Part shown: positions 1 to 16,884 of the stretch, one piece after another | How the letters are laid out: the number at the start of each line of letters is the position of its first letter | How positions within the stretch are numbered: position 1 is the first letter of the stretch | Source: Eledone cirrhosa | Lineage: Eukaryota | Reading direction: 5' to 3' | NCBI GenBank assembly: GCA_964016885.1 | Contig: OZ024757.1 | Span: 40,672,001 to 40,736,000 of the forward strand | DNA length: 64,000 bases | Position numbers and translations under genes: made by a program | The notes under the pieces: generated by a model | What the model was told of the DNA's origin: nothing | The model's input: only the letters and a program-made list of their open reading frames with translations | The model's database searches: none

Positions 1-58
1 AGTCCATTAAGTAGAGGTTGTAATTTGTTAATGAAGTACGTTTCCTTATTGGTACGAT

Positions 59-60
<2 letters not shown>

Positions 61-116
<56 letters not shown>

Positions 117-132
117 TTACATATAAATATAC

Positions 133-191
<59 letters not shown>

Positions 192-192
192 C

Positions 193-281
<89 letters not shown>
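61..281. repeat. (TA)n microsatellite, representative of dozens of (TA)n/(CA)n/(GA)n tracts in the window
   Basis: Direct reading; such tracts produce the YIYI-type ORFs in the ORF track. Confidence 0.98.
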
Positions 282-284
<3 letters not shown>

Positions 285-746
285 TAGCATTACAAGGGGT
301 TCTACGAGACGCAGTTAACAGAGTCGGGTATGATCGATACAGATCAAACCTTGAGTTGATTAAGTGGCGAAACGCGCGTCACCAACCAATATATGTAATA
401 TATATATATATATATATATTATATATGTGGGAGGGATGCTTGTTTGTGTGTGTTTATATATAGCTGCGTACAAATATACATTGAACAGCAATCATACACA
501 CGTACAAAAGAGGCATGTACAATCATTAGAGGACTGCAAGCATATTGACACACACTTACCATATTCAATACACATACTCATAGACAGAGTTTCACACATG
601 CATACACATACACACTGTACTACTCACATATCCACAAAAGACTGGAAATATTTTAGGACAAAGAAACCATGTCATCTTGTCATCGATGTGGATTCTACAA
701 ATGACCGTTTAATAACTCTCAAGAATACATACATACATATATATAT

Positions 747-876
<130 letters not shown>

Positions 877-1033
877 TTATATATATATATATTATATACA
901 TATATATGTATATATATATGTATATACAGTAACACATACATAAGCCAGAAATAGTTATGGGACAAACATTATAGCAAATATTTTGTGACAAATGTAGATG
1001 AAATTAGACCACAACTTCAGCAGCAACAGCAGA

Positions 1034-1130
1034 GAAGAAGAAGAAGAAGAAGAAGAAGAAGAAGAAGAAGAAGAAGAAGAAGAAGAAGAAGAAGAAGAAG
1101 AAGAAGAAGAAGAAGAAGAAGAAGAAGAAG

Positions 1131-1160
<30 letters not shown>
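1034..1160. repeat. (GAA)n microsatellite, about 42 units
   Basis: Perfect GAA run; a second run lies at about 27249-27324. Confidence 0.98.
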
Positions 1161-1161
<1 letters not shown>

Positions 1162-1396
1162 TATTTGGAGAAGTGATTGAATAATTAATTAAAAGACTTA
1201 ATTAAAGGCTTCTAGATAAACTTACATTTATCATATATCCATTCTGGTAGGTTTGAAAGTGGTACCTTATTAATAGAAGCAGTTTTAGCTTCTTTTTTTG
1301 TCTCATAAACTCCCTTAGTTTGATTGGAATATTTGGTTGAGATGGGTGAGAAATCATTCGTGTATTATCTTAAAGTTCTGAAATAAAGAAAAAAAG

Positions 1397-1547
1397 GTTA
1401 ACGCTTGATGTAGCAGGAAGAGGGTTTTAACGTTTCGGAAGCTAGTCATTCATCAGAAGAAAGAATGATAAATAAAATAGATTGCGGGGACGGTCGGGGT
1501 GGGATTGGAAAAAATGTCTTTAGATAAAAATAGCAGGTCCATTCATG
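1397..1547 (-). mobile_element. Dispersed repeat fragment with a minimal hammerhead-like core (Penelope-like terminal repeat family), copy 1
   Basis: Reverse complement reads tctt-CTGATGA-a-tgactagcttcc-GAAACGTT-aaaa. It aligns by eye with 36254-36403 (+) and 7641-7838 (-). Confidence 0.65.
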
Positions 1548-2750
1548 TTGTCATCTCTTGTAAAACTGTTGGTGCTAGCGTTTTGTGTATGATTTATTTT
1601 TTAGAAAAGTGGTACATGTATAAACTCCTCTAAGTATCTATAGACATTTAAAGAAAAAATACAAAGGCTCAAATAAAACTGAAGGATGATAATTGACAAT
1701 CTAATGTATAGTTCCGTAACCCCTGAGTGTATGGTAGATTCGCCATATTGGCATACGCCATTTCTAGGGCATTTCTTTAAAAAGGTGGTGGAACCAATCT
1801 CCTTCCTAGGTCTGAACACAGTAAATGTATTCCAGAGAAAGTTAGAGCGTGGGTAAAAAATGGAAGTAAAATAGGAATATAAAGCATAAGTTTGAACCTA
1901 TTCTGGAGATGAACCGAATTTTATGAACGCTAGGTTTCTACAAATAAATAACCCTATTCTTGGAAGACGCTAGCCCAGTAGTTCATTACAGGGCTAGCCT
2001 TTAGCTACCATTGGTACATATTTTTATATGAGTGCCATACTTAATGTTTCAAACCAATGGCGTCATGCGGGAGGCGAGTTCAGTGCATTAACAATTATTC
2101 TACTAGGCCAACATATGTTGTAAATATAGGGAACATTAGAATAAAACTATAAAGATATAAGATGTGTAGTGATAGAATTATGCTACATTTGAATGAAACT
2201 TAATTATGGCGCCCTTGTTATCAGAATATTTTCTATGTTTCTTATTCATGTTACTAGTACATGTCTGACTTAGATGTTTATATATTACTATTACGATAAC
2301 TTTATACAGAAAGTTTTTAAAAAAATACCCTCTTTTTTTCTTCACCCAAAACGTTACTTCTCTAACGAGCAAAGAGAAGAAAATATAGAAAAATACTAAA
2401 ATAAAAAAAATAAAAAATTCAACTCAGAACAGTAAAATAAAAATAAAAAATAAAAAGGCCCTGTTCAATATATTTCCTAAAAATTTAAACAGATTCTATA
2501 CTGTACGTCAGAATGCCCTCGAAACAACGCAACAATCATAATCGATCTTCAGACAAACGCTCTTAAGAACATTCTATCTAGAATTGTTAATGGAGGATAT
2601 GCTTGCAGAACAACAACGAACATTTAAACAAACAATGCAAACAATATTATGCAGAATAGAATATAATTTTCTCTTCCTTATCTTTTCTTAATGTTGTTTC
2701 CTAAGCATATTATTATCATTGTTATTGTTTATTATTATTATTATTATTAC

Positions 2751-2783
<33 letters not shown>

Positions 2784-3403
2784 CATTATTATTATTATTT
2801 ACTGCTGGGTTTGTTTATTTTTTTTTTTATGTTTGTTGTTTTTTTCTCCATGAAATCTTTCCTTTTTTCCAGGAAGCAAAAATCAATGACATTTAAATTG
2901 CCCATTGAATATTGAATAAATTTCTTTCTCTATAAACTCCTCTATGTATGTGAACGGGTATATGTATAGATAAGTGTGTTACTGTGTTTTAATGTACGTG
3001 TATATAAGTCTGTGGGTGTGTGTCTGTGTCTGTGTATATGTCTAAATAAGTGTGTGTGTGCGTGTGTGTGTATGTGTGCATGTGTCTATATATACGTTTA
3101 AATAAGTGTTTATGTTTGTATGTGTATGTCTGTGTATGTTAATATATAGGATTCACGTATCGAATAAGTATGCCTCAATGTCCATTTGTATATGCCTGTG
3201 CTTGTGTGCCAGTGTATACGTTTAACTATGTATATATATGTGTGTGTGTGTGTGTGTACATGGTGATATATAGGATTCACTGTATGTTTGTGTTGCAATA
3301 TATGTGTGTATATACGTTTAAATACGTGTCAGTATGAGTCTGCGTGAGCTTATATATAGGGCTTACTGTGTTTATATATATATATATTTATATATATATA
3401 GAA

Positions 3404-3450
<47 letters not shown>

Positions 3451-4062
3451 TAACAAATATATATATATACATATATATATATGTGTATACATATATATAT
3501 ATATGTGTGTGACTCTATCTGTAAATGTGTCGCTGAGTAAACACACATATATGTATATGCGTGTCCGTGTATGCTAATATATAGGAAACATTATATTATA
3601 TATATCTTTCAATCTGTATATATTTATTTGTGTATGTATGTATATGATTTTATGTGTGGCTCAGTATATGATTATATGTATATACCTGTAGATGGTTGTT
3701 TGCGTGTGTGTGCATGTCTAGATGTTGTTATATATGTGTGTATATATTGTAATATGTATATGTAAGAGAACATATTGTTATTTTACTCCTCGTCGGTAAC
3801 TTTTGACCCAATACACGCTTCTTTTGCAGCATCATCATGAAAAATTGAAGTAAAATACATTCTCTAGTACAGTAAATTGTTTGAATATATTTAAATGTAT
3901 GAATATATACATACATAGACCACTCACACACATTTATATACATACACACGCAAAAGTGAAGCTACAATACACACACACACACATGTCTCTAAACATTTTT
4001 AAGTATTTGGTATTATGCAGTTGTGATTTGAAAAACCATATATATCTGTGTATGTGTATGTA

Positions 4063-4194
<132 letters not shown>

Positions 4195-4543
4195 AGTATT
4201 TGTGTTTATTCTTTTGATGAATTCCACCAGTTTATACACAAGAGAATGTTGGAAGTAAAACAATGCCAAGATTGAATATAAAATTGTTTGCATAAAACAT
4301 TGAACAAAGAGCGAGGTGGAAGGAGTGAATTGCAACTCGTAATTATAGGCAAAAATCAATTGTGTACTCTTCTAGACTCCGTCTAATTTTATCTATGACT
4401 TTACGTATCGCTTCATAGGAGGAAAATTTATAATTGTATACATACACACAAAACTCCATTATAAATGCTGACTGATAAAAATCATGTATAGATACATGTA
4501 TAGATACACACACATATGTACATATATATGCGTAGATGTACAA

Positions 4544-4600
<57 letters not shown>

Positions 4601-4766
4601 TATACATATATAAATATATATATATATGTATATTTATACATATATATATTGTATTTCTCTTTCTGCCATTTTCTGACACACTACCTCTTTCTCTCTCTCC
4701 CTCTCTAACTTTCTTTAGATATCCCTCCTCTCTCTCTCTCTCTCTCTCTATAAATATATAAGTATA

Positions 4767-5197
<431 letters not shown>

Positions 5198-5204
5198 CAT
5201 TTTC

Positions 5205-5251
<47 letters not shown>

Positions 5252-5305
5252 GTGAGGTTTTTTTACAAAATGAAAAATAACCGAGGTGTCCTACACGAGT
5301 GAAAG

Positions 5306-5759
<454 letters not shown>

Positions 5760-6020
5760 TGTGTGAGAAAATGGCAGAAAGAGAAATACAAAAGAGAGAG
5801 CGAGAGATAGAAAGAGAACAGGAGTGATAGTTAGAGGAGGGGGAACCATTGTGAGAGAAGGGGAGGTAACTGGTTGTGTGCAATACGTCTGTTAGTTTTA
5901 TGAGGAAGAGAACAAGATGGCTGAATATCTAGATCTAATGAAGCGATAAAGTCCTACAGAATTAAGTATGTCACTAATGTGTATCTATATGTGTGCGTAA
6001 TGGAAGCTATATATGTATGT

Positions 6021-6060
<40 letters not shown>

Positions 6061-6139
6061 TTGCGACAGCGAATGTGGATGGACGCCAATTTAAATGAAT
6101 CGTTACGTGGAATATATATATATGTTCTATGTATATATA

Positions 6140-6193
6140 TGCTATATACATACACATCTCTCTCTCTCTCTATATATATATAACAGATGCCTT

Positions 6194-6233
<40 letters not shown>

Positions 6234-6252
6234 CATACATACACATCTGTCG

Positions 6253-6308
<56 letters not shown>

Positions 6309-6508
6309 CAGATGCCTCTTACACACACAGATATATATATATATATATATATTATATACATACATACACATGTGTCTCTCTCTCTCTCCCTATATATATA
6401 TATATATATTATATATTATATACATACACATCTCTCTCTCTCTCTCTCTCTCTCCCTCTCTCTCTCTCTCAATATATATATATATTATATAGATACACAT
6501 CTGTCTCC

Positions 6509-6549
<41 letters not shown>

Positions 6550-6572
6550 CTATATACATACACATCTCTCTA

Positions 6573-6619
<47 letters not shown>

Positions 6620-6680
6620 TATACATACATATCTGTCTCGCTCTCTCTCTCTCCCTCCATATATATATATATACACACAT
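6140..6680. repeat. Higher-order compound microsatellite [tatacatacacatct-(CT)n-(AT)n], about 8 units
   Basis: The same module recurs with variable CT and AT lengths. Confidence 0.8.
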
Positions 6681-6749
6681 ATGGAGGAGTCGTATGTGTG
6701 CCGTATTGTTATACAGCATTTCTTGGGTATTTTTGATACCTCGGGGAGC

Positions 6750-6990
6750 CATCCCTCTCCAGGCTTCAGTACAGCAGATTTCTTCCAGAGAAAGATAGAA
6801 AGTTGGAGAGAGGAATATTAGAAAGAGATATAGAAGAAGAATTGTCCCCAGTATTAGACTGGTACTTTTTTATCGACTTCCAAAGGATGAAAGGCAAAGT
6901 TGACCTCGGCAGGATTTGAACTCAGAAAGCAGAGAGCTGGAACGAATACTACAAAGCATTCTATCCGACGTTCTGACGTCTCTACCAATT
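6750..6990 (-). mobile_element. Meta-domain tRNA-derived SINE, degenerate
   Basis: ctggtactt...tatcgac...aaggatgaaaggcaaagttgacctcggcaggatttgaactc is the reverse complement of B box + GCCTTTCATCC...GTCGATAAA...GTACCAG. Confidence 0.8.
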
Positions 6991-7571
6991 CTCGGCCTCA
7001 TAAAACGTCATCTTAGAAATATATCTAAAAATAAAAAGACTGACATCGATCTAGTAAGTGATATATTTATACTGTGGAGACCCGTTTTGTTTCCTTTCAG
7101 AGAAAAAGGAATTTAGGTTCATACGTTTCAGGTTTCTCGAGAAAATTGATGTCAAATTAGCTTTAATATAGCTAGAAGTCTATAAAAATATATTTATATT
7201 TTGGAGACATAGAAAAAGAAATAGTGGCGGGGTCAATGGGATTCAATATATTTTACTTGTTTGCTTTGGAATCGGAATGGATGAATAAATAAACACTTTC
7301 AGAGGTATAGATTTTAAGAATATGGATTGAAAAAACAACAACACATAAAACAAAAACATACATATAAAATAATTGAAATAAAAATAAAACACACTAAAAG
7401 AAAATGGAAGGTGCTTATTGTCAGACTGGACCAAAAGAAAATATATTCCATTAGTGGTTCCATTCCTGATACCATCTACAGGCTGGAATATTCGGGAAGA
7501 TGGTAATGGTAGTTTCTTGACCTATATCTGACTAAAACCTTCTGCTGTAATTTCGAAAGATGTATGTATGC

Positions 7572-7609
<38 letters not shown>

Positions 7610-7640
7610 GGGGGGGGGGAGATGTTGTGTGTGTGTATAT

Positions 7641-7838
7641 AAAAAGTAAACAGAAGTAATAATAATAGCAAAAACAACGGCACAGTACATGGAAGGAATA
7701 TATTAGTTTAACGCATGAAATAGCACGAATATGACCTTAGTGTGTCGGACGGTAGTACAAGAAAAATAGAAAGTTTGAGGATACGGGCAGGCGGAATCGG
7801 AAAAACGATTTTAGGGAAAAATAACAGGTTCATTCATG
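7641..7838 (-). mobile_element. Third, more degenerate copy of the 1397/36254 family, lacking the CTGATGA part
   Basis: Reverse complement catgaatgaacctgttattttt...cgtccgacac...tgctatttcatgcgttaaactaatatattccttccatgtactgt matches 36254-36460. Confidence 0.65.
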
Positions 7839-7839
7839 T

Positions 7840-7870
<31 letters not shown>

Positions 7871-8146
7871 GACCATATATGTACTGGTGATCAGATTCAA
7901 TTGGTCTTATATTTCCTTGTATTTTCAATATGAACTAGAAGATGTATGTGTCTTTGGAAATATAGAATACCTCCCTAAATATAATGTCTTTGCTGTCATT
8001 TTCTAAAATAGACGTTTCTAAATAAGACATATCTACATCTTACATTAGCGAATGTCTAATAAATTCTTGGGATTGTCACTAACACTCTTCTCGCGAGAAT
8101 GTTCCCAAAGTCATTTGGATATTTTTCATCACATATATATATTTAC

Positions 8147-8230
<84 letters not shown>

Positions 8231-8262
8231 GTGAGGTTTTTTTTTTTTAAAATAAAAAGTAA

Positions 8263-8359
<97 letters not shown>

Positions 8360-8553
8360 TATGCATGTATGTATACATATATATATACAGGTAAACACAC
8401 ATATATGTGTGTACATATATATATATATGTGTATATATATATATGTAAGTATCCACACATATATTGTTATGTATATACATATATACATATATATATATAT
8501 ACATACATACATAGATATACAAATATATGTGTTTACCTGTAGATATATATGTA

Positions 8554-8633
<80 letters not shown>

Positions 8634-8659
8634 CGCTCACACACATATGAACGCATATA

Positions 8660-8698
<39 letters not shown>

Positions 8699-8762
8699 GT
8701 TTCGCTCAGCGAATATACATATATGTGTGTATAGCGAGGGAAAAGTGGTAAGCGAATATACA

Positions 8763-8851
<89 letters not shown>

Positions 8852-9399
8852 TTATGTCGATAACTCTTTTGCCATAACCCTAGTGGTATGTTGATTTATT
8901 TATGTCGTTCGAATTCTGCATTGGTTGGCGTTTGTTGAAGAGAAAAGGGGGAAGACTCTCTCTATCTCACAAGACATTAGAGAAAACTGTCATAACAAAC
9001 AACAAACAAGAAGACATCCACACCACAACTACTACCACAACCACAACCACTGACACCACAACAACCACCAGCACCGCCACAACCACCATAACCAACACCA
9101 CCACCATCAGTGCCACCACCACCGCTAACCACCAATAACACCCCCACCGCCACCACAATCACCACCACAGCCACCATCACTACAAACACGACCGAAACCA
9201 TCAACACCACCAACACCACAACAACAAAAACCACAACCACTGCCACCCCCACTACCACCTCCACCACCAACACCACCACCAACACCACCACCTTAACAAC
9301 AATCAACAGCATCACCAAAGTCACCAGCAGGAGGATGAGTGTTGCAGTTGATCAGATCAAAGGAACAGCCTGGTCATGATATTAACTTGCGACAGACGG

Positions 9400-10735
9400 A
9401 CAGAGAGAGGGAGGGAGACATGCAGAGAGAGGGAGACAGAGAGACAGAGAGACAGAGAGAGAGAGAGGGAGACATACAGAGAGAGGGAGACAGAGAGACA
9501 GAGAGACAGAGAGAGAGGGGGGAGACATACAGAGAGAGGGAGACAGAGAGACAGAGAGACAGAGAGAGAGAGAGGGAGACATACAGAGAGAGGGAGACAG
9601 AGAGACAGAGAGACACAGAGAGAGAGGGAGACATACAGAGAGAGGGAGACAGAGAGACAGAGAGACAGAGAGAGAGGGGGGAGACATACAGAGAGAGGGA
9701 GACAGAGAGACAGAGAGACAGAGAGAGAGAGAGGGAGACATACAGAGAGAGGGAGACAGAGAGACAGAGAGACAGAGAGAGAGAGGGAGACATACAGAGA
9801 GAGGGAGACAGAGAGACAGAGAGAGAGGGGGAGACATACAGAGAGAGGGAGACAGAGAGACAGAGAGACAGAGAGAGAGGGGGAGACATACAGAGAGAGG
9901 GAGACAGAGAGACAGAGAGACAGAGAGAGAGAGGGAGACATACAGAGAGAGGGAGACAGAGAGACAGAGAGACAGAGAGAGAGAGAGAGGGAGACATACA
10001 GAGAGAGGGAGACAGAGAGACAGAGAGACAGAGAGAGAGGGACACATACAGAGAGAGGGAGACAGAGAGACAGAGAGAGAGAGGGAGACATACAGAGAGA
10101 GGGTGACAGAGAGACAGAGAGACAGAGAGAGAGAGGGAGACATACAGAGAGAGGGAAACAGAGAGACAGAGAGACAGAGAGAGAGAGGGAGACAGAGAGA
10201 CAGAGAGACAGAGAGAGAGAGGGAGACATACATAGAGAGGGAGACAGAGAGACAGAGAGAGACATAGAGAGAGAGGGAGAGAGGGAGACATACAGAGAGA
10301 GGGAGACAGAGAGACAGAGAGACAGAGAGAGAGGGAGACATACAGAGAGAGGGAGACAGAGAGACAGAGAGACAGAGAGAGAGAGGGAGACATACAGAGA
10401 GAGGAAGACAGAGAGACAGAGAGACAGAGAGAGAGGGAGACATACAGAGAGAGGGAGACAGAGAGACAGAGAGACAGAGAGAGAGGGAGACATACAGAGA
10501 GAGGGAGACAGAGAGACAGAGAGACAGAGAGAGAGAGGGAGACATACAGAGAGAGGGAGACAGAGAGACAGAGAGACAGAGAGAGAGACAGACAGATAGA
10601 GACAGAGAGAGATAGAGAGACAGACATACAGAGAGACAGAGAGACAGGCAGAGAGACAGAGAGACAGACAGAGAGATGAACAGGCAGAGAGAGAGAGAGA
10701 GAGAGTCTGACTGACAGACAGACAGGGAAACAGAC

Positions 10736-10780
<45 letters not shown>

Positions 10781-11010
10781 CTAACTGACAGACAGACAGG
10801 GAAACAGACAGACAGAGAGAGAGAGAGACGAACAGACAGAGAGAGAGAGAGACGAACAGACAGAGAGAGAGAGAGAGAGAGAGACAGTCAGACTGACAGA
10901 GAGACAGAGAGACAGACAGAAAGATAGAGAGAGAGAGAGAGTGAGAGAGAGAGAGAGAGAGAAACAGACAAACAGACAGACAAAGAGAGAGAGAGAGAGA
11001 GAGAGAGAGG
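9400..11010. repeat. GA-rich minisatellite (unit about 50-56 bp, GGGAGACATACAGAGAGAGGGAGACAGAGAGACAGAGAGACAGAGAGA..., about 22 copies to about 10590) grading into (GACA)/(GA)n
   Basis: The gacatac anchor recurs at 9471, 9524, 9578 and onward. Confidence 0.95.
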
Positions 11011-11268
11011 GTGACCAAATAAATAGACAGCCAATTACTGGACCATATATCAGCCAAAGTGATCAGATCAAGAACATAAAAAAAAGAATCTTTGCTGACT
11101 TCAAAATATGAAAAATGTCATATTTGACACGTTTATAAATAAATATTATAAACAGTTCCTCCTGTTTCTACAGCACGTTTCATCAACCTCCACCCGTTCC
11201 ACCCCTCCCCACACACCTCATCCACATCTTCTCATCTTCCCCCTCATCCTCACCTCATCGTCACCTTC

Positions 11269-11315
<47 letters not shown>

Positions 11316-11415
11316 GCCTCCTCACATCTTTTCATTCACCCTCGCTTTCTCATCATCCACTTTCAATCTCCTTCCTCGCCTCTCTCTCTCCCTCTCACTC
11401 TCTCTCTACACGCAC

Positions 11416-11450
<35 letters not shown>

Positions 11451-11617
11451 CATTTGTATATATATATATGTATATATATATATGTGTGTGTGTGTGTATG
11501 TGTGTGTACATTCCTATACACAAACACAAGCGCCCAACTTGTTTCGACAAATTTCTTGCCCAGCCACATTGGCTTATATATAAATATACATATATACATA
11601 CATATATATATATAGAG

Positions 11618-12465
<848 letters not shown>

Positions 12466-12522
12466 CATACAGAAATATATATATATATACATGTGTATAT
12501 ATATACATGTATATATATATAT

Positions 12523-12620
<98 letters not shown>

Positions 12621-12999
12621 ATATATGTACGTATATGTATACATATTGTTTATATATATATATATATGACAGAGAAAGAGAAGGCGTAAAAGTAAAAGAA
12701 AAACGAGAGAGAGAGAGAAAGTGGGAGAGGAAGAATAAAGGCGGGGAGGGGGTAAGACAGGAGGGAGGGGGTGAGATTGTGCTACATGTATCGGTATGTC
12801 AATATTGAGCATAAATGAAAATATAAATAACCTACATTTCATTGTAGGCCCCAATTGACTGGAGATACATCATGCCAATCCAACAATGGGGTTATTTTGT
12901 ATTTACTTTATTTGATATTGGAGAAAAAACCATTATGGCAGCAGCAACATACCCGCCGCCTCTGTCATCACTACCGTAAGTAACACCACCACCAGGAAT

Positions 13000-13288
13000 C
13001 GGTCGCTTTCCGACAGGTTTGTCATCGAACCCCTAACAGTGGAGGTTTCTGGTGTCCTTGGACCTAGTGTACCTCCCTACTCACCACCATAGACACAGAA
13101 TTGGCTACCCGTAGCAGTAGAATCTTCTGGTGTCCTTGGGCCTAGGACTAAGTCCCTACTTACCAATATAGACACAGAATTGGCTACCCGTAGCAGTGGA
13201 ATCTTCTGGTGCCCTTGGGCCTAGGGCTACCTCCCTACTCACCACCATCGTCACAGAGTTGGCTACCCGTAGCAGTGGAGACTTCTGT
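13000..13288 (+). mobile_element. CRE-like (RLE endonuclease) non-LTR retrotransposon fragment, tandemly triplicated as a 79-bp unit
   Basis: Translation RSLSDRFVIEPLTVEVSGVLGP / VESSGALGPRATSLLTTIVTELATRSSGD resembles the F.P.A.E..G..GP motif of CRE-type C-termini. The gtagcag anchor recurs at 13111, 13190 and 13269. Confidence 0.6.
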
Positions 13289-13955
13289 CAATTACCAGCA
13301 AACTTTCCCCCTCCCTATATCTACTACGCTTTACTCTCTCCCCAAACCCCTCTCTATATCAAATGTGCATGTAAATATTAAGATATTTACAGACACAGAT
13401 ATGTGTGGATGTGTTTATAAAGAAATTCTAATTCCCTAAATGGAGATTATTGGTCGGGTTATAGAAATGTAATCCATATCGTTCCAGTCAAATATTGGAG
13501 GGATTAGAATTTGTAAGACTTCAACACAAATTAATTATGATATTGAAAGATATTATCTGTCATATATCGATATATATATATTATCTGTCATGTATCGATA
13601 TATATATTATCTGTTATGTATCGATATATATATATACACTACATAAACAGAGAAGGCCTTAAGCGATACTCCGACCAACTCCATCTCACTCAACAAACAT
13701 TAGGATATACTTAAGTATTTTCCCAATTTAGTGTTTTGGGTGCTAACTAATCAGTATTTCGTGGATAGCTGGTTGTATTATTTTATATGAGACATTATTA
13801 AATAAATATCTCTTATATATATATATATATACGCCTTTATATATATATACATACATGTTTGTGTGTGTGTATATATATATATGTGTGTGTGTGTGCGTCT
13901 GTGTGTGTGTAAATATATATATATATGTACGTATATACCGATGTTTATATATATG

Positions 13956-14026
<71 letters not shown>

Positions 14027-14319
14027 TACACACACACACACACATATATATACAGTATATATACATATATACATATGTACACACACGCACACACATACAT
14101 ATATATTGATATCTATATATATATATACACACGAGTGTCGAATGTAAAGCTCCTCGGATAACGATGAAGAATTAATGCTAGAGCTGTGAAATCTTGCATG
14201 CATTAAATTCAACTTTCGTTATTAAAAGCTACATTGTTTCTTTTTAGGGATTATATTTAGAAATAAAATGTCACACAGAGAATGACACACACATAGAAAC
14301 TAAAGACAAACACACATGA

Positions 14320-14700
14320 ACACACACACGCACAAACGTCTCACACACACACACGCACAAACGTCTCACACATACACAGAAGAAAGATAGACACACACAC
14401 GCACAAACGTCTCACACATACACAGAAGAAAGATAGACACACACACGCACAAACGTCTCACACACACACAGAAGAATGATAACACACACACGCACAAACG
14501 TCTCACACTTACACAGAAGAATGATAGACACACACACGCACAAACGTCTCACACACACACAGAAGAATGATAACACACACACGCACAAACGTCTCACACA
14601 TACATAGAAGAAAGATAGACACACACACGCACAAACGTCTCACACATACATAGAAGAAAGATAGACACACACACGCACAAACGTCTCACACACACACAGA
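14320..14700. repeat. CA-rich minisatellite, unit about 46-48 bp (cacacgcacaaacgtctcacacatacacagaagaaagataga)
   Basis: gcacaaacgtctcaca recurs about 9 times. Confidence 0.9.
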
Positions 14701-14999
14701 AATATATATACAAAAACAAACTGATCACAAATACACACACACACGTCACATAAAAACAGGCACATACTCACACATCACACACACATAGAAAGACTCACAC
14801 ACATAGAAAGACACATACACATACAAACTAACTACAAACACACACACGTCTCTCACACGCACACAGATAGACACATACACACTAGCCACAAACACACACA
14901 GGGCGACACATACACCACAAACACGCGCGTCTCTCTCACACATAGAAAAACACATGCACACACACACAAAATAACCACAAACACACATGCCTCACACAC

Positions 15000-15425
15000 A
15001 CAGAGACACACTGCTATAAACACACACACGACCCTCACACACACAGACACACTGCTATAAACACACACATGCCTCACACACACAGACACATACACACTGC
15101 TATAAACACACACAGACACACTGCTATAAACACACACACGACCCTCACACACACAGACACACTGTTATAAACACACACACGACCCCTACACACAGACACA
15201 CTGCTATAAACACACACACACGACCCTCACACACACAGACACACTTTTATAAATACACACACGACTCTCACACACAGACACACTGCTAAAAACACACACA
15301 CGACCCTCACACAAACAGACACACTACTACAAACACACACACCACCCACACAGACACACTGCTATAAACACACACACGACCCACACGCACACAGACACAC
15401 TGCTATAAACACACACACCACCCAC
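15000..15425. repeat. CA-rich minisatellite, unit about 40 bp (cagacacactgctataaacacacacacgaccctcaca)
   Basis: acactgctataaac recurs about 10 times. Confidence 0.9.
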
Positions 15426-15827
15426 ACACACAATAAGAGTGTGTAAACAGACATAAAAGTGAATACATTTGGAAAAAGGTCTTAATACGATATTTCCGTT
15501 TTGTAATCTTCCATACATATTTTGATCTAATATATGTACTACTTCAACTACTACTACCACAACTACTACTACTATTACAACTACTACTGCTGCTACTACT
15601 GCTGCTGCTACTGCTGCTCATATTGCTGCTGGTGTTGAAAGTATTTCGTTTTTATAGATATTATATAGTAACATCCATTGGCGATGTTTGAAGTGCGTGT
15701 TAATACCAGCCGCTAGGAACTGGCTCATGAATTATGGATGGACGTACGGATAATATTCTGCATGACAATTTTCATGTAACAACCGAAAAGCATAATTCAC
15801 ACATTTTATACTCACACGCATGTATGA

Positions 15828-15881
<54 letters not shown>

Positions 15882-15932
15882 TGACATGTCCTCCACCACA
15901 AACACAAACACACATACATATATCTATATGAA

Positions 15933-15987
<55 letters not shown>

Positions 15988-15988
15988 A

Positions 15989-16044
<56 letters not shown>

Positions 16045-16048
16045 TATA

Positions 16049-16103
<55 letters not shown>

Positions 16104-16118
16104 ATATATATATGTATA

Positions 16119-16156
<38 letters not shown>

Positions 16157-16162
16157 AGTATA

Positions 16163-16270
<108 letters not shown>

Positions 16271-16301
16271 TATATATATATATATATACACACATATATA
16301 C

Positions 16302-16730
16302 ATTGCTGTAGTGGAGTCTGTGCTGCTGTATGGGTCTGAGACTTGGACACTGACCAAGAGACTCACTCAGATGGTGGATGGGTGCTACACGAGAATGCTG
16401 AGGATGGCTCTGAACATTAATCAGTATACACTGAGGATGAAAAACTCAGAGCTGTACGGGAGCATCCCAAAAGTCAGCTCAAAAGTGACACAGAGAAGAC
16501 TGAGGTTGGCTGGACATGCTCACAGGCATCCAGAGTTGACATTGCACTCAGTGCTCCTTTGGGAGCCCCTACATGGACACACTAGAAGAGGAGGACCAAG
16601 GTTAACATATGTTGATGCCCTAAGGACAGACACTGGTCTGTTGGAGATGCAGGATATGGCAGCGATAATGAGGGACAGAGACCGCTGGAGAGAACTCGTC
16701 CATGGATCTCGGGAATTTTACTCGCCTTAG
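16302..16730 (+). mobile_element. 5'-truncated RTE-type LINE, ORF2 C-terminal fragment, inserted in (TA)n
   Basis: [16 protein letters not shown]...LRMALNI...[12 protein letters not shown]...[16 protein letters not shown]...M.DRDRWR is the typical post-RT RTE C-terminus. The frame is open to its stop. Confidence 0.9.
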
Positions 16731-16884
16731 ATAGATATATATATATACACATATATATATATATGCATATATATATACATATATATATATACATATATAT
16801 ATATGTATACATATATATACATATATATATATACATATATATATACATATATATATATATATACATACATATATATAAATATAA

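Noticed and set aside
985-1180. Poly-R and poly-E ORFs (also 27134-27432)
   Set aside because: (GAA)n microsatellite.
1968-1998. Short hairpin GCTAGCCC...GGGCTAGC
   Set aside because: An isolated 8-bp stem with no second copy seen; compatible with chance.
9339-11057. Long ORFs (255-566 aa) with RETERQRD or SLSLCLSV repeats
   Set aside because: They are open in several frames on both strands because the GA-rich minisatellite has no stops.
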